Under the pieces are notes generated by a model. The model had not been told where the DNA came from and ran no database searches. It saw nothing but the letters and a program-made list of their open reading frames with translations. From the NCBI GenBank assembly GCA_902587325.1, contig CACIKV010000007.1, forward strand, positions 3,531 to 67,530: a stretch of DNA of 64,000 nucleotides, written 5' to 3'. How positions within the stretch are numbered: the stretch's first letter is position 1; every line of letters begins with the position of its first letter. Source of the stretch: an uncultured Bacteroidota bacterium. GTDB taxonomy: Bacteria > Bacteroidota > Bacteroidia > Flavobacteriales > Flavobacteriaceae. The translations under genes were made by a program, and so were the position numbers. Shown here piece after piece: positions 58,808-64,000 of the stretch.

Positions 58808-60598
58808 TTAAGAATTAAAATTAAAAGCAGTTTCAATTAGAGCTAAATGAGAATAAGCTTGAGGAAAGTTTCCAAGTAATTCTTTAGATTTAAAATCGAT
58901 ATCCTCACTAAATAATCCTAGGTGATTACTATAGGATAATAGTTCATCAAACATTTTTTTAGCTTTTTTCTTTTCACCTATTTTATAAAGACTGTCAATA
59001 AACCAAAAAGTACAAACTGTGAAAGATGATTTAGGTTCACCGAAATCATCTTTGTTTTTATATCTAAATAGTAGCCCCTCAAACATGAGTTCTTTTTCAA
59101 TTGATTTTACTGTTTTGATAAACTTAGAATCAGAAGCTTCAATAAATCCATAACTCTCCATTAGCAGAACAGATGAGTCTAAATCGTGAGAGCCATATGA
59201 TTGAGTGAAAGCTTGCTTGTTTTCAGACCAGGCATTTTTAATAATATCACCATGAATTTCATCTCTTAATGATTCCCATTTTTTTGCTTTTTCACCTCTT
59301 TGAATTAATTCCGATATTTTAATTGCTCTATCAACAGCTACCCAACACAAAAGTTTTGAAAAGGTAAAATGCATATCTTTATTTCTGAATTCCCAAATAC
59401 CCTTATCGGCATTTTTCCAATTTTTATTAACCGACCATACAATTGACTTTACAATTGACCAAAGTTGTTCATGTTTATAATTATCATCTTGAAACTTTAA
59501 AATTTGAAAATGAATAGCATCCATTAAAATTCCATAGATATCATTTTGTTTTTGAAAGTACGCTGCATTTCCGACTCTTACTGGCTTTGAGTCCATGAAG
59601 CCTGACAAATGATCTAATTTTCTTTCTGTCAAAATTTTCTCACCGTTGATTCCATACATTATTTGAAGCTTTTCATTTTTATTAGGGATAAGATTTACGA
59701 TAAAGTCTATAAAGTTATTTACAATATTTACATGCCCTAGTTTCGTAATTATTTTTATAACCATTGAAGCATCCCTAATCCAGCAAAATCTATAATCCCA
59801 ATTCCTAACTTCACCAATTGTTTCAGGTATTGATGTAGTTGCAGCAGCCAGAACGGCTCCTGTTTTTTCAAAAGTAAGAAGTTTTAGAGTTATTGCACTT
59901 CTGTTGATTTGATCACCGTAATTTTTAAAATATGGATTCTTATTTGTCCAATTAAGCCAATAAACTTTCGTTTTTTCAAATTCAAAATAGATACTTTCAA
60001 AACTAGGAATATTTATTTTTTCGTTGTAAGAAACACAAAAAAATATTTTTTTATCAAGATTAATTTCATTTTGCTCTAAAATATCTTTTTTATTAACGTT
60101 TGTATATAAAAAAAGTGTTTCATAGTTTTTGTCTTCAACTATACTTACTATGAAGTTTTTTTTAATGTGTTTTTTTGTTTTTCCAGACGAATATTCCAAT
60201 TTGGGATCATAATTAACCTTTATTTTCGGATTACCCTTAATTGGTAAAAGTATTCTATGAATTTCAGGTGAAGAATAAAATGTGCCATCATCATTTTTAA
60301 ATCTTGGCATATAATCAATTAATTCAAATTCTTCATTATCATTTTTAAAATTAGTTACTAGAATAGCCGTATTCTTATAATAAGTTTGTTTAATAGAAAA
60401 TGATTCATCACAATTTATTTTAAAAGATCCACCAATCTCATTATCAAGAATTTTTCCAAAAACTGAAGAAGAATCAAATTGTGGTAAACAACACCAATTA
60501 ATTGAGGAATCTTCAAAAATCAATGCGGAAGATTTACAATTTCCTACTATACCATAATTTAGTAGAGATTTTTTTGCATGGAGTTTGTTGCTATACAT
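58808..60598 (-). CDS. glycoside hydrolase family 15 (glucoamylase/trehalase-like)
   Basis: NWDYRFCWIRDAS and a C-terminal (alpha/alpha)6 pattern ending FPQAYSHLALI. Confidence 0.85.
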   Translation of the reverse strand: MYSNKLHAKKSLLNYGIVGNCKSSALIFEDSSINWCCLPQFDSSSVFGKILDNEIGGSFKINCDESFSIKQTYYKNTAILVTNFKNDNEEFELIDYMPRFKNDDGTFYSSPEIHRILLPIKGNPKIKVNYDPKLEYSSGKTKKHIKKNFIVSIVEDKNYETLFLYTNVNKKDILEQNEINLDKKIFFCVSYNEKINIPSFESIYFEFEKTKVYWLNWTNKNPYFKNYGDQINRSAITLKLLTFEKTGAVLAAATTSIPETIGEVRNWDYRFCWIRDASMVIKIITKLGHVNIVNNFIDFIVNLIPNKNEKLQIMYGINGEKILTERKLDHLSGFMDSKPVRVGNAAYFQKQNDIYGILMDAIHFQILKFQDDNYKHEQLWSIVKSIVWSVNKNWKNADKGIWEFRNKDMHFTFSKLLCWVAVDRAIKISELIQRGEKAKKWESLRDEIHGDIIKNAWSENKQAFTQSYGSHDLDSSVLLMESYGFIEASDSKFIKTVKSIEKELMFEGLLFRYKNKDDFGEPKSSFTVCTFWFIDSLYKIGEKKKAKKMFDELLSYSNHLGLFSEDIDFKSKELLGNFPQAYSHLALIETAFNFNS

Positions 60599-60615
60599 AC
60601 TTTTGCGAATTATAA

Positions 60616-62829
60616 ATGGTAAAAAATGTAATTGTATCGAACCGCCTTCCGATCCAGGTAACTAAATTAGAAAATTCTTTTCAAATAACACCCTCTTCAG
60701 GAGGATTAGCTACTGGAGTTAATTCAATTAGAGATGAAAGTTCAGTTTGGATTGGTTGGTCAGGTATTAAGTCAGAGGATTTTACTGTTGAGTCTAAGTT
60801 AGAAATTGATAAAGTTTTAATAGATCAAAATTTAATTCAAATTGATCTTAATTCAGATGAAATCGAGAAGTACTATTATGGTTTGTCTAACAAAAGTTTA
60901 TGGCCTCTTTTCCACTACTTTATTGATTTTTCAAAATTTAATGAAGATCAGTGGAATAGTTATTATGAAGTAAATAAAAAATTTTGTGATGTAGTTATTT
61001 CAAATGTATCAACTAACGGAACAGTTTGGGTCCATGATTATCAGCTTATGCTTCTGCCTAAAATGATAAGAGACAAAAGACCTGATCTTTCTATTGGTTT
61101 TTTTCTTCACATACCATTTCCTTCTTTTGAAATTTTTAGAATTTTTCCAAGGAGAGAAGAACTTTTGAAAGGTATATTGGGAGCAGATCTTGTAGGCTTT
61201 CACACATACAACTATGAAAGACATTTTATAAGCTCAATAAAAAGAATATTAAGAAAAGATGTAAATTTTAACCGAGTATCTCATGAATCTCGTGAAGTTA
61301 CTGTGAATACTTTTCCAATGGGAATTGATTATGACAAATTTTTTAATGCTGCTAAAATTCATGAAAAATTAAAGAAATCTCAAGAATCGCATTTAAAGAA
61401 ACAATTAGATCTTCACAAAAAGTCCTCACAAAAGAGTAAACTAATATTATCAATTGATAGACTTGATTATACTAAAGGAATAATTAATAGAGTAAAGGCA
61501 TTTGAAATTTTTTTAGAAAAACATCCACAGTATTTAGAAAAAGTTAGGCTTGTAATGCTTACTGTTCCCTCAAGATCAGATGTTTTAGATTATAAAAATC
61601 TTAAAAAGGAAACTGATGAATTAGTAGGAAGAATTAATGGAAGGTTTGCAACTGTTAATTGGACGCCTGTTTGGTATTATTATAGAGCAATGGATTTTGA
61701 TGATCTAATTGACTTGTACATGAATTCTGATATTGCCATGATAACTCCGTTAAGAGATGGTATGAATTTAGTTGCAAAGGAATTTGTTTCAACTAGAGTC
61801 AACTCTGATGGTGTACTTATTTTAAGTGAAATGGCAGGTGCTTCCATTGAATTATTTGATTCCGTAAGAGTAAACCCTTTTGATTTAGATCAAATGGCTG
61901 ATGGAATTTGCGAAGCATTAGAAATGTCCAAAAAAGAGCAAACAAGAAGAATGCGTACTATGCAAAAAAGACTTTCACGGTATACAGTTCAAAGGTGGGC
62001 TGAGGATTTTATGAAAAAACTCTCTAAAAAATCCGATCTAAGCTCTGATCATAAAACTACTAGAATAAACAGAAATATAGAAATAGATATTTGTAAAAAA
62101 TTCAAAAATTCAGATAAACAAATTTTATTTTTGGATTATGATGGCACTTTAGTCGATTTTAAAAGTGATCCTGCATTAGCTATTCCTGATAAAAAATTAT
62201 TAAAATCACTAAAATTAATCAATAAAAATACCAATTTAGATATTTTTATAGTTAGTGGAAGAGATCAGAATTTTTTAGATAAAAATTTTGGAAAATTGAA
62301 TATTAATTTAGCAGCTGAGCATGGAAATTTTATAAAATATTCTAATTCCAAAAAATGGATATCAAAGACTAATGAAGATATTAAATGGAAAAATGACGTA
62401 TCACCAATTTTTCAATCATTCACTGATAATACACCAGGAACATTTATTGAAAATAAAAAAAATACTTTAGTATGGCATTACAGAAAAACAGATCCTGAAT
62501 TGGCCAAAAGAAGAATAATTGAATTAAAGACAGTACTATCAAGTTTAATAACCGATAAGATTAGTGTTATTGATGGTAATAAAGCATTGGAAGTAACTAA
62601 CGTTTCTGTTAATAAGGGTAATATTGTCAATGAAGCCTTAGCTAACAATGATTATGATTTTATTTTTTGTTGTGGTGATGATACTACCGATGAGTATATG
62701 TTTAATGCTCTTCCTGAAAATTCAATTTCAATTAAAATTGGAGAAAAAAATACTTCTGCACGTTATTACGTAAGATCAACTTTGGAGCTTAAGTCAATCC
62801 TTTCAAATTTTATAAAAAGTGATAAATAA
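60616..62829 (+). CDS. otsA: bifunctional trehalose-6-phosphate synthase / phosphatase (GT20 + HAD)
   Basis: SLWPLFHY, VHDYQLMLLP and MNLVAKEF (GT20). Then LFLDYDGTL and CGDDTTDE (HAD phosphatase). Confidence 0.9.
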   Translation: MVKNVIVSNRLPIQVTKLENSFQITPSSGGLATGVNSIRDESSVWIGWSGIKSEDFTVESKLEIDKVLIDQNLIQIDLNSDEIEKYYYGLSNKSLWPLFHYFIDFSKFNEDQWNSYYEVNKKFCDVVISNVSTNGTVWVHDYQLMLLPKMIRDKRPDLSIGFFLHIPFPSFEIFRIFPRREELLKGILGADLVGFHTYNYERHFISSIKRILRKDVNFNRVSHESREVTVNTFPMGIDYDKFFNAAKIHEKLKKSQESHLKKQLDLHKKSSQKSKLILSIDRLDYTKGIINRVKAFEIFLEKHPQYLEKVRLVMLTVPSRSDVLDYKNLKKETDELVGRINGRFATVNWTPVWYYYRAMDFDDLIDLYMNSDIAMITPLRDGMNLVAKEFVSTRVNSDGVLILSEMAGASIELFDSVRVNPFDLDQMADGICEALEMSKKEQTRRMRTMQKRLSRYTVQRWAEDFMKKLSKKSDLSSDHKTTRINRNIEIDICKKFKNSDKQILFLDYDGTLVDFKSDPALAIPDKKLLKSLKLINKNTNLDIFIVSGRDQNFLDKNFGKLNINLAAEHGNFIKYSNSKKWISKTNEDIKWKNDVSPIFQSFTDNTPGTFIENKKNTLVWHYRKTDPELAKRRIIELKTVLSSLITDKISVIDGNKALEVTNVSVNKGNIVNEALANNDYDFIFCCGDDTTDEYMFNALPENSISIKIGEKNTSARYYVRSTLELKSILSNFIKSDK

Positions 62830-64000
62830 CTTATCTAAAGAAGATTATTTTAAGAAAGAACTTTTTCAATTATATTCAAAAATTAAAAATCTTCCTAAGA
62901 GTAGGTCAGCTCATTACGCAAGAAATTTAGCTGCTACACAATTTTATAAATTTTTCTTGAACGCAAGTTTGATTATAAAGGGTTCTGAAAACTTACCATA
63001 CGAATCTGCATCAATTTTCATATACAATCATTTAAATACAAATCCTGAATATGAAATTGATTCAGATTTTCAAGTTACTCTCGATAGTCATTTCATTAGT
63101 AGTTTTATTCTCAATAAATATTACAAAAATCCTGGTATTAGAATTATAAGAAATTCATTATCATCAGAAAAAAATCACTCAAACTATTATGATAAATTTG
63201 ATTACATAAGAGTATATTCTAGAGATTTTCTTCCAAAAAATATTTCCAAAAAAAAATTAAAAGATTCTAAAAATGATTTTTTTGAAAAATCTTTAAATGA
63301 ATTAAAAAATAACAATAGTATAATAATTAGTCCTGAAGGGGTTTCATGTGAAACTGAAAATTCGCCAGGAAAATTTAAATCTGGTGCTTTTAAATTGGCT
63401 ACTATGTCAAGAATTGAACCTTATATAGTCCCTGTAGTAATGGTAAATTTTGACAAAATAATTTCTAATAATACCCTAAAATGTGAAATTCTAAAACCTT
63501 TCAAGATGAGTGATTATGGAATTACAAGTCCACATGATCCTAATTTGAAGAATGTCGTAGAAATCATAAATAAAAAGTATACAAAACAAATTAAGAGTTT
63601 GATTGATTTTAAACTTGATTTTAAAGATGAGATCTCATTACTTAAAAAGAAAATTAAGTTAAAAAAAAATAAAAATGATCTTATTGTTTTATATGGAAGC
63701 TCAACATTAAGATTATGGAAAAACTTTCATGAAGATTTTGAAAATTTTAATACACTGAATCTAGGTTTTGGCGGATCACAAATAAGTAATATGATCGATA
63801 ATTTTGAGGATTTATTTAAAGAAATCTCACCCAAAACAATAGTACTCTATTGCGGAGGAAATGATTTAGCAGTTGGACTTGATCCTGATGAGATTTTTAA
63901 AAAATTTATTTATTTAATTAAAATGATTAAAAAAAAATATAGAAAAATTAAAATTATCAATATTCAACTTAAACCTTCCATTGAAAGAATTTCTAAAATG
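62819..64000 (+). CDS. PlsC-like acyltransferase domain fused to SGNH/GDSL hydrolase; 3' end outside the window
   Basis: Not in the ORF track because it has no stop. The frame is open from 62816 to the window end. The only start-like codon near its 5' end is GTG 62819, overlapping the otsAB stop by 11 nt. Motifs: IYNHLNT, ISPEGVS, then LYGSSTLRLW, LGFGGSQ and LYCGGND. Confidence 0.55.
   Translation, partial: MINNLSKEDYFKKELFQLYSKIKNLPKSRSAHYARNLAATQFYKFFLNASLIIKGSENLPYESASIFIYNHLNTNPEYEIDSDFQVTLDSHFISSFILNKYYKNPGIRIIRNSLSSEKNHSNYYDKFDYIRVYSRDFLPKNISKKKLKDSKNDFFEKSLNELKNNNSIIISPEGVSCETENSPGKFKSGAFKLATMSRIEPYIVPVVMVNFDKIISNNTLKCEILKPFKMSDYGITSPHDPNLKNVVEIINKKYTKQIKSLIDFKLDFKDEISLLKKKIKLKKNKNDLIVLYGSSTLRLWKNFHEDFENFNTLNLGFGGSQISNMIDNFEDLFKEISPKTIVLYCGGNDLAVGLDPDEIFKKFIYLIKMIKKKYRKIKIINIQLKPSIERISKM

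Overview
Strongly AT-rich bacterial chromosome segment. Gene content and protein N-termini point to a marine Flavobacteriia-like Bacteroidota genome: MKK..LLL..SQ signal peptides, many lipoboxes, a CarboxypepD_reg-type TonB-dependent receptor, a PSD/DUF1552 pair and a TAnnTTTG -7 box (inference). All family calls rest on motifs I recognise by eye; no search was run. Most of the window is tightly packed core or metabolic DNA. It includes a partial phytase, dgt, tadA, aspS, a TetR-TolC-MFP-RND efflux operon, polyprenyl synthase, a ZIP transporter, a P19-like/SCO1 pair and rseP. Further on come a csp, nitroreductase, a bPH_2 pair, a DUF1080/dgkA/CBM9-like/GHL10/sulfatase string, a TonB receptor-HMA-PepSY triad and DPP-IV. 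The last third holds galM, a DUF1552 plus giant PSD cytochrome pair, an ABC/FtsX system, OsmC, a frameshifted MlrC-like peptidase, ptrB, an HDAC-like gene and a GH15/otsAB trehalose module. The stand-out region is 17.26-27.33 kb, an island of about 10 kb at tRNA-Asn(GTT). It is bracketed by an 89-nt direct repeat and carries a tyrosine integrase. It also carries relics of a second integrase 3' end and of an Xis-like HTH gene, and several short exact repeats that bracket individual genes. Its cargo is almost entirely exported proteins: five small secreted proteins or lipoproteins, a BepA-like M48-TPR protease, and a trypsin-like protease with a large unknown N-domain. Their signal-peptide codons are conserved at nucleotide level while the mature parts are unrelated. 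No CRISPR array, rRNA, transposase, phage structural gene or conjugation gene is visible.
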